NCBI GenBank assembly: GCA_965202585.1
Contig: OZ241826.1
Span: forward strand, 72,788,001-72,852,000
DNA from: Thalia democratica
Taxonomy: Eukaryota
Reading direction: 5' to 3'
Length of the DNA: 64,000 nucleotides
Of this stretch, positions 1 to 14,459 are shown one piece after another. The notes beneath the pieces were generated by a model. It saw nothing but the letters and a program-made list of their open reading frames with translations, was not told the DNA's origin and did no database searches. The translations under genes were made by a program, and so were the position numbers. Positions within the stretch are counted from its first letter, which is position 1. The number at the start of each line of letters is the position of its first letter.

Positions 1-150
1 TTCTTTGATAAAAGTAGAATTTTTTTTTTTAAATATTAAGCAGTAACACATTTGATGTTATTTTTAATGAAAGTTCCATTTTTTTTACTTACGTTATAAA
101 AAACTGTAAGTTATGAAAAAGCTGTACTTTCAATTGCCATACTAGTAACT

Positions 151-375
151 GGTATACTATCAAAATCCACCCACGTTCAAAATCCAACCGATTTTTTTAT
201 GTTTTCTTTATTTATTAATTTATCTTGTATATTTTGTAAGTTTTTTGAATTTTTTTGCATTTTTAAATTTATTTTTCACGATCACTGTTACCCCTAACCC
301 TTACCCTCGATCGGTAAGCGGTTCTCGAATTTGATCGGGTGGATTTTGAACGCGGGTGGATTTTGAACGTCTCCC
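151..375. mobile_element. MITE-like non-autonomous DNA element, copy 1
   Basis: Tandem CAAAATCCACCC(A/G)CGTT units at the left end and their reverse complements at the right end, with a T-rich spacer. Flanks CTAGTAACT / TTAATAACT look like a decayed 8-9 bp TSD. A second copy lies at 58321. Confidence 0.75.
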
Positions 376-3300
376 TTAATAACTATAGACCATGTTTACT
401 AAACTACTTGAGATATTAAAAAAAACAAAAAGACAACTAGTTTAAGTGAAAAAAAACTTCGGTATATCCTTTAATGTGTAACACACGGTAAGCAGAATCT
501 TGTATTGTCTTTCCTGCACCAATTATTTAAATAAAACATATATTTTTCAAATAGTAAAATTAAATGCACGATAAACTTTTAAATGCGTGGTAACACATGT
601 ATTTCACGCGTTTGTTGCTTATAGCTATAATTTAAATTCTAAATTACTTTTTTCCAGTTAAAAAAAACCTTAGTTTTAAGTTTGGACTAATTTTAACAAT
701 GCAATAAATAAAACAAATAATATATAGGCCTATTTAGCATCAAGTTTAAACCTGTCATAGTTTAAACCATATAAATTTGCATTTTTGGACCTAAGTTAAA
801 TACGTAAAATCATACCGAAAATTGCTGTATATTGAAAAAAATTATCGAAATATTATTAAATTTCATTTATAACAAGTTTTATATGTTAACTTCTACTTTC
901 TGGGTTGAATGGTATGTTTGTTTTATAAATAAACAATTTACATTACTAAATGTATAACAAGCTTATATTTTTATAAAATTAATTGTTATTTTCTTAAAAT
1001 AATATTTGACTCAGTGAGTAAAACTTTTAAAAACTGTATTTAATTAGAAAATATTTTTAATAAAGTTAAAAAAATAATTTTATATATTTCTAAATGTATT
1101 CCTTACAATTAAGTAATAGTTAAAATTCAAAAATTAAAACATACTTTATGATTTTTTTTATAAAAATAGCTTATGAAAGTACTGATTTAGTTAACATATA
1201 ATTGCTGTTAAACTTTTTTTTTTTTTAGCAATTTTAATGGAAACTAATTCTGAAAGTACATCTTTTAATCTTATAATTTTGAAAAGAAGCCAAATTATTA
1301 CTTATCATCCACGGATTGAACACAACTGATAGAAGAAATGCATCAATTTGTTAAAAAAAAACTTTTTGACTTTCTGTTTTATACTTGTAATAGAATTGTC
1401 AATACTCTTATACTTCTTTTTTTTTGTTTTATACAACTAATACTTTGTTTATTTACTCAATAATTTTTCAAAACTGTCTATTTTTTATAAAACTTATAAA
1501 ATATTTATTAGTTTTAACTTTGTTAATACCAGTTTTTTGATTAAATCAATTAAAAAATCTTGTTGCTCAATACATTGGTCAAATTTTTGAATAAACATTT
1601 GAATTTATGCAGAATGGCTGATTAGTTATTTTTATCTGATTTTAAAGTTAGTGTACCTTAGATATTTAATTACCTTAACCCAATAGTCCAAAACTGAGTT
1701 TTATTATCTAATGTTCTATAACAAACATGTTAACTAATTAGATTTGTTATATTTTTATAACTTCACAAAAAAAGCATATTGAAAACTGGTACAAACAAGG
1801 ACCTAGATAAACAAAATAAAATGATATATAAGTATAAAGACATATATAGGTGTAATATCATTAATTAACTTTAAATTAAATTTTTTCTATGTCTCTGTAG
1901 CAAAACTTAGAGACTTTATAGCTTCTTAACAAATTTATAACAAAATATAACTAATACTAGCTTTTGCACCTTAAATTTTATAGATTTAAATAACTTTTCC
2001 TTAAATCTAAAAATCTTCCTAAATTCAATTTGTTGAAGTTAACTGAGTTCGTATAGAAACAAAATGGACATAGAAATAGCTTGTTTGTCAATTACAAAAG
2101 CATGTAACGTTGAAATACTTTCACGGACGGAATAAAAAGTTTAAGTTTGTCAATCTTAATTTAATGTACTTTAAAAATTCACAAACTATTAACAGACAAG
2201 ATTGTTAAGCTCATCACAAAGATATTTTAGTTGTTAAACGTTACCAAAAATGTATAAAACATTATTATGACTCTACAAAATGTATAAAATTATATATAAT
2301 TTTAACTTTAAGTTTTATATTTAAGTTTTTAATTTAACTAAAACATCAAATTAGATTAACTTTGTTAAAAGAAAGTGTTAGTTTTAAACTTAAGCAGCTA
2401 AAGTGTTTCAATAAAAAAGTAATTTTTATACTAGTTTCTTATAAAGTTTGTTATTTCAAAAAAAATTACATTACATTCCTTAATACAAAATTATACAAAC
2501 TCTCTTTTAAATAATTACAAGTTTAGAAAGTTTAACAATATGGCAGACTAAAAATTGTTATCATATGTATGAAGTATCTTTGTAATTGCAAATGATACAT
2601 TTATATTAGTTTCGACTAAAAAAAGTTTTTGTTTATGTTTTGAGTTAAATAAGATTAAAAACATGTTATTTTTTCCCAGTTGTACACCTTTTAAGTTAGT
2701 GTATGGTACTGTTTTTTCTCTAGTTTAGCTAATTTAACCCAAAAACTAAAAAGTATTATTATATTAAATTTTGAGTATGTTAGCTAGTACTAAAAAACTT
2801 TGATTTGTTTTACATCATAACTAAGTAAGAAATAAGTTATTGTAAGTATAAATTATAAATCAAAAAAAACTTTGTAATACGAAGCTTATATAAAATAAGA
2901 AGTCGTAGTTAGAATCATATTTAAGTTATAAGATCTTATTCTTAGTTTAATAAACATCCTAAACTGTTTAATTAAAACTTAAAGTATTAATATAATCCAA
3001 TTAATTAATTAAATAAGTACAAGTAGCAAAAAAATTACAACGACTGTAAATTAGTTCTACTAAAAATATGATCAGGTTGTACATTTATAGTAGATTAGTA
3101 GTCAACAACATGAAGCAGAACTTATAAAATTTAAAAGCTTCTTTGTTTTCACTGAAGTTTCTAAAAGCACTGATATGTGTGTACAGTAGTGCTTATAGAT
3201 ACTTACTGTCCATAGAAAAAAAAATTAAAATATTTTTTAAACTAATAACTTTTTAGCTTATGTTTTTTTAACCTGTATTATTGAATCCTTTATTTTAAAT

Positions 3301-5380
3301 AAAAACTAGTATGCAAGTAAAAAAATGTTATGTAATAACTTCGACGAAAAATGTTTATTTATATATAATTTATTTTAATAATTTACACAGTGCAAAAACA
3401 GACTGTAAGTATTTGTGTTTTAAAAATCTAGATAGATTATGATCAGATTTTATTTTGTTACCTTGCAATAATCTATAAAGCATTATAAAATAAGTTACTA
3501 AAATTTATTAGGTGCACTTAATATTAATTTATTATTTGCTTTTTTAACATTTTTTTCATAAAATTAAACTAACATATTCTGCAAAAAAGACTCTTAACTT
3601 TGTTTTATAAGTCATACTTGTCTTTTATTTCAAAAAACGACCTTTGTCTTTGAAAACTATAAAAATGTTACGAAATTAGTTATGAAACCCAATGAAGTTG
3701 AATTTCTTATCATTAAAACAATACTAAGACACGTGTCAGAATTACGATTAAAGATTAAAAATGGTATGTGCTAAAAGTTATAGATTAAACTTCCTTTATC
3801 GTTACACAATGACTAAAATTAAAAACACTACTCCCTAAAAAATTTTAACTATCAAAAAAGATTGTAGTCTTACAAATTTGAACTTTAGGAGTTAAATTAA
3901 AACTTCCTCTAAAAGTTTTGCAATTATACCGTAGCTGAAAAGCTGATTTAAGAAGTTATAGTTACATAAATTTTTTATACTAATTACTTAATAAGTACTT
4001 TTAGCTATACAAAAGGTCTGAAACGGTTTTAATTGAATTAAAGTTCAAAATTTCTTATATAACAGAAATTAGAAAATAATTCTTATTATTGAATAGATTT
4101 TTAAGAACAATCAAACTTACTGTTGCAAATAGTTTTCTTATGAACACAATCTAAAGTAGTTTATAAAAACTGAAAACAAGCCAATATGCAAATGGTAATT
4201 GGTTACTGATTTTATGTTGCTTCACAAAAAGATTAGCTGTACAGTTCAGCTATGTTAGTAAAAACAAATTTGTTTTGTAAAATATAAAATGAAAACTACT
4301 TACTACTTTAAAAAAATCATAAATTAGCTGTTTTTTTTACTTATGTCAGTAGCAATGTATTATTTTTACTTAAAAAATAAATTAAATAAAAAACTTTGAA
4401 GTTAAGTTTTACACTTGAATTGTTTTGTGTTTTTTTATATTTTAGCCTTTTAAACAGAAAATTTAGCAAAATAATTTATTCAGAAGAAATTATTGTTTTT
4501 TGTATCAAAAAATAAGATAGAATATTGTATATAGTTAGCCAATGCAACACTGCAACAGGTCCAAGCGAAAACATCTGACAAAGTATGACTTACGATAAAC
4601 TGTTTCTTAGTTTGATATATATAAATTAGTTTTGTGTAAATAGTATTATTTTAACACAAAAGGTCTCCACAAAGTTTTTTTTGGACACCATACTAATAAT
4701 AATTTTATTTACAAAAAAACAACGACGTTTCACCCGAAATTGGGATCTTCAGGTGTGAATAGTAAAAATAAATGATGACGGTGGACAACTAAATACAAAG
4801 TGTAAAATAATTTATATAATCAAATTTATAAAAATCAATACGCTAATTTAACATTATTGTTAAAATAGACAAACATAGTATATGTATATATTTATAAATT
4901 AAAGTAAACTGTTAATAAAGAAGTATTTAATAATTGAAATAACTGGTGTTACTTGGGATAGTTCATGTATTTTTACGTTTTAACTAAAGTTGAGAAACAT
5001 ACTAGTATATTTGTAAAAGAGACTGTAATTTGTTTTGTTAGTCTATAGAAATTTTCATAAAACTATACCAAACTACAAAACTATTTTAAAATTAAGTTTT
5101 TGGTTTTTTAACCAGCCAGTGCATTTTAATTATATTCTTTAATTTTAGTATTAAATTTGAATTATATAACAGAACTTACTAATTTTTTTAAAAAGATTGT
5201 CATTTTCTTACTTTTAAGACTCATAAAGCTTTACTAAACTGTGTTTATTTACGTTTCATACAAAAAAGTCTCATACAGCGCTAGTATGTGGGAAGAAAGC
5301 TATAAGAAGCTCATAAGTTGTTTGCAACACGTCAGAATTTTCACAAATTTGGCATAAATTTAGGTAATTTTGGCACGTCG

Positions 5381-5394
5381 GTTGCCATGACAAC
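5381..5394. promoter_or_regulatory. RFX X-box
   Basis: GTTGCCATGACAAC, 1 mismatch from the palindromic GTTGCCATGGCAAC, in a CpG-rich patch. CRE palindrome TGACGTCA at 5448-5455. Confidence 0.6.
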
Positions 5395-8300
5395 TTTAAA
5401 CCGGGTAGCACCGAAAGTTCACTGCTAATAAAATAAACATGTCGCTATGACGTCATAAGACCGGTCTGATGGCAAGCCGAGCGTGAAAAGAGAATGTTTA
5501 TTTAGATTGCAAATTAACCCAAGTTTCTTTGATCTGTGTGCCACCATTAAAAACCTTGCGAAATCGAACCACTTTCCCGAAGTTTAATTCGCGGATATAT
5601 GGGCAATGCAGTTCGATGTTTGTACGGCGATTACAATTAGCATTCTGCCTGATTGAAATTCCGCTCTAAAAGCCATTAATTATAGACACTGTTTTGTTTT
5701 TTCTGCAAATATCTTTCCGGTTGCGTTTGAAATTGCAAAGAAGCTTCTTGCAGTTGCGCTTACATGGTGTTAGTAAATTGACCCTATGTGTTGTTCTAGG
5801 TGAATTAAAAAAAAAAATTAAAACATTTTGTTTTTTGACTATAGCTATTTGATCTAAAATTTACGAAAATTCATAAATAAAACTCATTTTTGTTTTCTAT
5901 ATCCTAGTAAATCTATTTGCCTAATTATAAATGATAGTAAATTAATAATTTTTTGTGAAATTAAAATAATCAAATAGCTTATAACTCTATTGCGCAACAA
6001 ATAAAAACATTTCAACTTTTAGTTGTACTTTTTCTAACGCACTTGATATTAAAACTTTGGTTTTGTTATATTGTTCCACAATTATCAAAAAAAAAGGTTA
6101 AAAAGAATGTGTTATAAAGCAGCTTGTTTGTAAAGTCAACTGAATCAAGTGTACCGGTTCTGTTTAGATTTTACTTTAATCAAGTTTACCTTTGCAACGC
6201 TAATCTTGTTTGATCACTTCTACTCGGGCGTGAAACGGTTTGCATGATGCGAAATTAATTCAAATCAAATACCGAAATGAACAAGCTTTTTTTTAATGAG
6301 CTGCTGCTAATGATCAATTTCCTACGTTTAATACTTGTTAATGAAGGTTTTATTGGATTAAAAGCGCGCTGCTAGCATTGCAAGTGTAAACAAAATTTCC
6401 ACCTAAAAACGCTAGCTTGCAATAAATACACCTTTAACGCGAGCATATCGAGCTCGGCTTTTTGTTTCAGTACCAGTTAATCCGGATATTTCTAATTTCA
6501 TTACGATATTCAGATGCTAATGCCTCTCGTACGTAGAACAAGAAGAACTTAAAAAATGCATCGGTTTCGATTTGGCAAGAAACAAAGCCTTCATTTGAGC
6601 AACGTTAGCTACCGTCGTAGGACATTAAGTCCAACTTGAGCTTATTGTTCTTAAGCACAGCCTGCAACTAATACACTCGAGCACGGTTAAAAGCCTGTAT
6701 TTAAAACATTTGCGGCAAAATTTACGGTCTGAAACTTTCAAGCAAGTATGCAAGAATTTATTTTTCGAAAACTAAGCAAGATAACAATTTGATATATTTT
6801 TTCTCAACAATCATGTATCTGTTAGTAACGATTTTAGGTGGTTAAGAAATGGTTTTTTAAGTGTATTTAAAGTCAATAAATTTTGCTATCATTAAAACAT
6901 TGTATTTTGTTTAAGATTAAGCGTAAAATTGAAATGTAGACATTAATAATGAATTAAAAATAGTCATAAATTTAAACTATGACATAAAATTTTGTTTAAT
7001 GATATATTATGCACAACAAAAACGTTTTTTAATTGTTTGTGCATACATTTTTAAGCAGTTATAGCAAATTATATACATACAAAAAAAATCCACAACCTGA
7101 AAGATAGTTTTTATTGTACTTTTAAGTTTTTAGCAATAAAGTCTGATGTAAGTAAGAAAAAATGTAATAAGTTTTTCTAACATTACCGATGTTCTTTAAC
7201 GATACCTACGATTAAGCGTTCTCACATTTAGATAAAGCAAGGGTTTGATAAAATATATGAAATTTAATATATGTTACTTCGATACGTTTAAAATTCATTA
7301 GTATAATCGTGCGTTTCAGTTGGCACAAACTTTCAAACGACTTTTCACAGAATACTTAGCACTTATAAATATTCATATTGGTGTCGCGCACTTCTGCGGT
7401 CAGCGGCTAATGAAAAAGCGAGGAAATTTTCCTCAATTTGCCCGCCACAACAAACACCAAACGAAATACACAATCGAGTCAGTCAAGTATATTGGCTGCA
7501 AAGTATTTTTAATAAAAAGTAATGACCAGCGCAGCACGGCTACAAATTCAAGCAATGCTGTCGCGTGTGACGTAAGCCCTCGTGGAATTTGTGTTGAAGT
7601 TATGTGCACAAAATTCTGTTTCTAATACATGCTAATGGCAGCACTGCCTAACAGTCGATAAAGATGTTTTGGGTAAAGTTTTTTAAATATGTTGCTATCT
7701 ACATAAAACATACTTGTTTGGTAGTTAAATTTAAGAAATGCGTCGTATTAGTTAATGGTTTATGTTCAAAGATTACAAAAGTACTTCCATAAAAATAAAT
7801 CTATAATTAAAACTTATTTACATAAAGCAAACTACTTGATAATTAAAAGTAACTAATACGACTCGTAAGACAAATATTCATAAGACTAGAGATTGAGTTT
7901 ATAAAATTGTTTGCGACATTTTTTCAAAAATAATTTTAAAACATAATCTTGCAAAGAGGCATAAAAATAGGATATCACTTTTCAAATTTAGTCATTTACT
8001 TGAACAAAACGATGTCAAAACAAGAAAAATTTGGTAATAAATTTTGTCAATCAACAAACATCAGTTAAAGACTCCTTTGTTTGTAGAGTCAGTTAGTAAA
8101 AGAGTAGGTCAAGCAGAGTACAACATTTTTGCTTGTTCTTTAAAAAGTTTCTTCAGTAAGATTTAAATAAAACTTTAATTACTTTTGTCAATTTATCTAC
8201 ATAGATTTTGTCAAAGCAATTTTTTGTGTTTTAACACAGCTGCTACAGTAATTAAAAAAAAAAAAGTTTGCTTCTTTTGTTATCCACTTTATCTTACCAA

Positions 8301-10649
8301 AGAAGAAACAGGGAGTAACATTGTTTAGATAAGTTTATTATTTTCTATTATTTTTTCCAAAATTCTACATGAAGAATTTAAACATACGAAAGCGTCGCGA
8401 CAGATAAAAAATCAAGTTAGTGATAATTTTGTAATTTTCGATAATTCATAGGTGTCAATTTAAATCGACATTTTCTTGATTCGCCAACTTTCCGATCGCC
8501 CGCACTGCTGTCGGCTCGCAAACCACCAGTTTGAAATTTCCATCAAGAAGTGAAAACACTCGTGCTTTCGAGTGCATTGTGCCCATTGTTGCCGTCCACC
8601 TCTGAGTTTGATTAAGTGGCTGGCCAAGAGTGGCCGCTTCGTTTGTCTTAGTTGCTACTTGTTGCTTGCTGTGCTGCACTTTTTGTGTGCGGCTTTGTGA
8701 AATATTTCTTCAAGCAATTAAGTCTGATTGTGTGATTATAAATGTTTCGAATGTTGAGGGTTTGTTTGCTACAACGTTTGTGGAAGTTTCGTTCGGGTTA
8801 ACAACAGTATTTACGCCTTAAACACCAGTATGATATTTAAAAAAAAGTAAATTTATAAAATACATCGAGTTTTTTTTTGTAAATTCAAGTTTTCTTAAAC
8901 TAAACTAAAACCCCAAAATCACTATTCACACATTCAAAACGAAATCATTTTCACCTCGATGTAAAATGTTACCATTTTATTAATCAAGGTTTATTCTTAA
9001 AACCACGATAAACATTAAATCATTGATTTCGATTGTGATTTTTTGAACTTTTGTATCAATTTGTTCTTTTAAATATATATATTGCATTAAAAGATTTGTT
9101 CTGGTCTACAAAAGCTTTTCATAAAAATAAAAGCAAGACATTAAGCAATGTTAATAAATTTTACAGACAGCTCTTACAAAAAATTGACAAAAATAGCAAA
9201 TACTAAAAAGGTATTCTATTTAGACAATTCATTAAAACAAACGGGTAATCCTATAACTTTTCGTCGTAAAATTTTAGCCAATAACAAATTCGTTAGAGCG
9301 TAAATGTTTTTTATTTTTAATGTTAATGAGTATTTTTTAGTTTTAAGGGTACTTTGAAAGTTATTATTGAATATCCTAAATGAATAATTACGAAAACATC
9401 AAAGCAAAAGATTAAAATCTGTTTTTGATGCTCTCTTATTTTTCTGGTAAATTTTTTTTTTCAAAAATAAATAATGATATTTCCAAGTTTACAAAGATAA
9501 AGAGTTTAAATACTAAATTCCCACTCACAATTATTTGACCTGTGAAAAGGTGTTATGTGGATTTAAGTGCCTTTACAAATGTATTCACTTAAAAATAACC
9601 TAAAATTTGACCTTTAATTGATACTCATGTCTATTTTTAAGTTGCTATTATAAAACATGAGCTAAAAAGACAGTACATTTTATGCTTAAACCATGTTTTT
9701 TGAAGTATAATTATTCTTAGAATAAACGTAACTTAGTCAAAAAACATTCGAAGATAGTTATACAACTCGGCTTTTATTTCATACATAAACGATATCGCAA
9801 ACAATACTTTATCAATACTTTTTTTATCTTTGGCTTTTTTATATATACAGTAAGGGTGATTATGGTAAAAACACAATTAAGTTATGGAATAAAGTTAAGT
9901 TTAGGTGGTTTTGTAAAATACATTTTTGTTTGTAGTGTAAACCACACAATATACACTGTAATAATGTAAAATTAAATAAATTTCAACCTCTCTGCGAACT
10001 TTTGAAATAACTTTTATTTATCCTAAATGTAACCTGACCTTTACCATCTCTTAAACTATGAAATAAATACCAGCGTAAAGCATCTATAATAGCTTACTTG
10101 CATAATGAATTGTGCATAATTTTAATAGAATTTCAATTTTTTTACAGTTTTTATCTAAGCTTGCATAATATGACATAAAGAAGTACTCGCTCAAAAAAAA
10201 CATTTTATCATTTAATCTACTTTATAATACTATTTGTTATTTACGATTAAAAATACTAATAACTCTGAAACTTTATTCTTATTTCATTTAAGCAAAAATC
10301 AATCAAAATAGTTTTGAACTTAAAAATAAAATATTAACGAAGTATTATAGCAAAATACGGTAGAAATTCCTTTAAAGAAGTTTTAAACATATAATAGTTC
10401 TATTTATATGTAACTTTTCTAACTTTTGTACATACAGACCTATTGACAGAATAAACTCTAATGCTATCAAACATTTTCCCACGGAGACAAATTTTTTTCT
10501 GTCACTATCGTGAACATCAGTGTGAAAATATGAAAATAAGTATAAAAAGAACAGTGAGCCCCAAATAACGGTCATTACCAAAGTGTATAAAGTTACATTT
10601 TTTCAAAAGCCAACAGTTTCTCTAAACTAAATATATCTTGTTACCAACC

Positions 10650-10749
10650 GTCTCCTAGGCAACAAAGGGTCTTTTTGTGCCACTCGGCTGTCGTAGTGAT
10701 ACAGGGAATGATTAGGAACAAATTCCGTCACGAAGGTTGTCATAGTAAC
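10650..10749. promoter_or_regulatory. Pair of RFX X-box-like motifs
   Basis: GTCTCCTAGGCAAC (10650-10663) and GTTGTCATAGTAAC (10736-10749). Confidence 0.5.
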
Positions 10750-11540
10750 AGTTTGAAGACGTCTCCAGATACGCATCTGACAATTTTTTATGGTCCTATT
10801 TTGAGTTTTATTTGTTTTAAACCGGAGCAATACTTTAGTATTTTTTTTTTTTTTAATACTGATTTTTTTGTAATAATTAATGGAGATGATATAAAAATCT
10901 GTTTTATAAAACTGTTTTTATCATAAAGAAATACAACACTGAATCGTTTAAAATATTTTGGTTATAGTTATCAAACTGAATGTATTTCTTTATTATTTTG
11001 TCTATTTAAAGATGTTGAAAATTTTATATAGAATTATGTTCTAAGTCATATTTTAATTTGTTTTAAATTGTTATATAAACGTATTTAAGTCATAAACCGA
11101 TTTTTTTAAATAAATAGTGTTCAAATTGAAATACGACTATGTTTAAAACACGTACTAAAAAATTTATCAATTAAAATGTTAATAAACTTCTACAATAGCA
11201 AAGCAAATACAATAACTTTTCTTAAAAATTATTCTAAACTCCAAAACAATTGTTTTGAAAAAAACAACATTTGTTTGAAAAATTCGTTTCTCTTACAAAA
11301 TCACATTGACATAAATCACCAACCGAAAATCTTACGTCTGCGATTGAATAAACAATCACCATTAGGAATTTTTCCCGTTTGAACATCGCGCATCGTGACA
11401 ATCAGCTCATTGTGACGCCGACCGCAAATAGGAAGCGACACGTCATCGAACAATGCTCAAAAACCAAAATAATAGGAAACTGGGGTTGCACAGACCGGGT
11501 GAAAACAATTAGCTACCGTTTCCAAGCGACAGCCGAGGAT

Positions 11541-11591
11541 GTTTCCATGACAACCTGGCGAAGTCAGCCGTGACTTGGTTGCGATGGCGGC
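11541..11591. promoter_or_regulatory. RFX X-box plus a weaker second site
   Basis: GTTTCCATGACAAC (11541-11554) and GTTGCGATGGCGGC (11578-11591) in a CpG-rich, promoter-like patch (about 11330-11730). Confidence 0.5.
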
Positions 11592-14082
11592 TAAATCACG
11601 TCGCTATTTGGTTTTAAATCGTGTAAATCAACAAGTAGCCTTAAACGGCCATTGTGACTTCATTTGAGCTTCCTGTTGTCTGGAAGTTTGCGAAATATTT
11701 CTCTTTTCAGCATTAATCAGATCGTAAAGTGAGAAATGAGTAAACAATGGAAAATATAGGAATTGTTTTACTCACTTGCACTTACAAAAACTTTTACTTG
11801 AGAAACATATAAACTTTATTAACATGGTTTGAAATAAACAGAAGTTTCAGAAAACAGCTAAAGAATAGAAGAAAAAAAAATCCAGTGAAAAATACTTAAG
11901 CACCAAGTTTTAAATTATATATTTTACTAAAGATAGTTTATCATTATTTACAAAGTTTTTTTTTTCTCAAATATTTCATAGAACAGAAGCTTTTTGTCTT
12001 CACTTAAATGAGTCAGGCATAAAAATTCTTCAAAGTTTTCTTTAGTTTTACGAAAAATGTATCATTATCAAAACTCGATAATAAAGTGAAAGGAAAACGT
12101 TTTAATTACTACATAAACCTGTTTGGCACAGATTACAAAACTTTATAGGCATCAATTACGTTATATGTTCCCATGATCTGCATTTAAAAAAACGCTTGAA
12201 ATGATTTTAACTAGTTATTGTTTTAAATGTTTTCTTATATTTTTTATAGAGGTCTTTAAGGTGTTTACAAAAATTTATTTTGTGTTACTAGGTGTGCATT
12301 CTGGAGTTATTAAAATAATTAAACTTAAAATACGTACTTTTGATTAAGCTATCTATATATACTAAACTACGGAAAATTCTATTTGTACAATACTTAATAT
12401 AATAACACAAATACGTAAAACAAAGAATTTTTTAAATACGCCTTTAATTAACATGTCTCTTCTCGACTGAAAAGATCAATAAATGCATTTCAAACCTTTT
12501 TTCATTATTAACTAATTGCAATTTATTTTCTGCGTTCTTTTCAAAGTTAACATTATTTGATATGGCTTAATATATCTATATAGAATAGTGTTACTACAAA
12601 ATAAATCCAAGAATTGCGATAACACTTTTATAGTTGTGTGAGTTTTACAATTAAACTAAAAAAGAGAAACAAAACAGTACTGACTAAAACGCTGCATTTT
12701 AAAATACCAGCTATTGGTCGGAAGTATTTATTATTATCTGATTGATGGTATTTACTTTAGAGTTTAACAATGTAGTGATGTTAAGAAACCTTTTAGCAAA
12801 ACAAAGACTACGTAGCTTTTAATCGACAAATTTGGTTGGGGAGCAAATTTGACACAAGCTGAGACTCTAACAAAAGAGAAGTATGACTCGTCATATCTTG
12901 AAGATCGAAACTTGTGATGTCGCAGATTACATCTCGATTGAACAAATAGGCGTAAAATTAGCACCGGACGCTGTGACGCAATAAACACGCATCGCCGCAA
13001 TTATGACATCATAAGTTTGCTTCATCAAAGAAGCCGCGCAGCAAACAACAAAAAATAAAGGAAACTTACCTAAAAAGAAACAAAATTGTATATACTTTTT
13101 TATAGTTAACTTTTTTAAACTATGTTAACTTTTTTAAAAACGTAACAAAATCTGATATACATTATACGTTATTTTTAGCGGGCTAGTTTCTATTATGCTT
13201 CAAATTCATTTTATAGAATAATATTTGTTTTAAAACTTGTTTGTGTGTGTTCAAAAACTTAGTTGAAACATATTTTTGCGAAATAGCACATAAATGCCAA
13301 TCAAGATATTTTAACAGCCGCAAAACAAGATCAAAAGATTGCAAGCATGTGAAAGTGTTCTTATCGAAAAAAGCAAAAATAACTATGAAGCTGAGCAAAC
13401 AGAAATTTTTGGTTTATTAGCATTAACTTATCATATCTCGTTACATATTCACCTTTGTAATTTGTTGTTATTTTCTGCTGCTAAGCCCTGTGCATATAAA
13501 CTTGCACGCATTACAGGCTGTTGATTTCTGGGTAAAACATGCTCTGCAAGCGCAGTCGAGAATGTTTGCTTTGAATTTAAAAAACATCTCAGAGACGAAA
13601 CATGTTTACGTTTCGCAGGTGAAGCTTCGACCCGCGGAGGCCTCTGTGGTGCAAGCGCTACACAAAAACAAGTTATTTTCGAGGAAATTTCACTCTGACC
13701 CCTGCTGGTTCATAATAGAAGCTCTGTCGCAGTAATGGCCTCATTAGCAGTTCGTGACTATGCCGACGCCGCTGCCTTTTGGTGAAAAATAGTTTCGATG
13801 TTGAACGTGAAAAGTTTACTGTCAGTTTGTCAGCAGCTCAAATTGTGATGAATATTCTCGTGGCGTACGTGTAAAGAAACGTTACGGTGTTAGTGTGATG
13901 TGAGCTGCTTAGCACAATTGAATTAAAGGAAATCGGTTGTCAAAGACAAAAACTTGAATTACCGTACGTGATGTTTTTTTCAGTTTAAAAAAATGTTTTT
14001 ACTAATATAGGCATTTTACGTTATTTTCCAACGTTTTTACAAAGATATTTTTACTATTTCGGCGAATTTAATACGATTACTA

Positions 14083-14151
14083 ATAAGTTACGTGAGTTGT
14101 AGTTTTAAAATATAAGTTACGTGAGTTGTTCTTTTAAAATACAAATTACGT
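14083..14151. repeat. 29-bp tandem repeat, about 2.4 copies
   Basis: ATAAGTTACGTGAGTTGT(AG/TC)TTTTAAAAT twice, plus a partial third unit. Confidence 0.85.
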
Positions 14152-14459
14152 TTTGTTCTAAAGTAATTAAAGCTAAATATTTCAACAATGAGAACATGGA
14201 AGAAAAAATTGTCTTATTTAAAAAACTAATAATATAAAACTGTTAAAATAACTTAAGTTTTTATATTCTAATAAAAAGGTTGAAAGTACTTTGACAAATT
14301 ACATAAAAATATTATTATAGTAGCTGTTTTGTTGAAAATACCTTTGGCTTAAAATATGAAAATCTAAATAATTCAAGTCACAGTATTCATAAACAAAAAA
14401 AAAATTCAACTGCTAACCAACACAGAAGCGCTTTTAATCCACGTGACGTATACATGCTA

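Noticed and set aside
4535-4758. Possible plus-strand exons LANATLQQVQAKTSDK and VSTKFFLD...RNWDLQV*
   Set aside because: Splice sites are plausible, but there is no upstream exon chain or recognisable product, so the call cannot be supported.
7631-7650. Minus-strand TAGGCAGTGCTGCCATTAGC resembling miR-34/449 5p
   Set aside because: No complementary 3' arm, so not a precursor. At most a miR-34 seed-match site (CACTGCC) on the plus strand, with no defined host 3' UTR.
7320-8821. Track ORFs 7320..7625, 8455..8679 and 8630..8821
   Set aside because: Non-ATG starts, no recognisable domain and no coherent splice chain; more consistent with UTR or regulatory patches.
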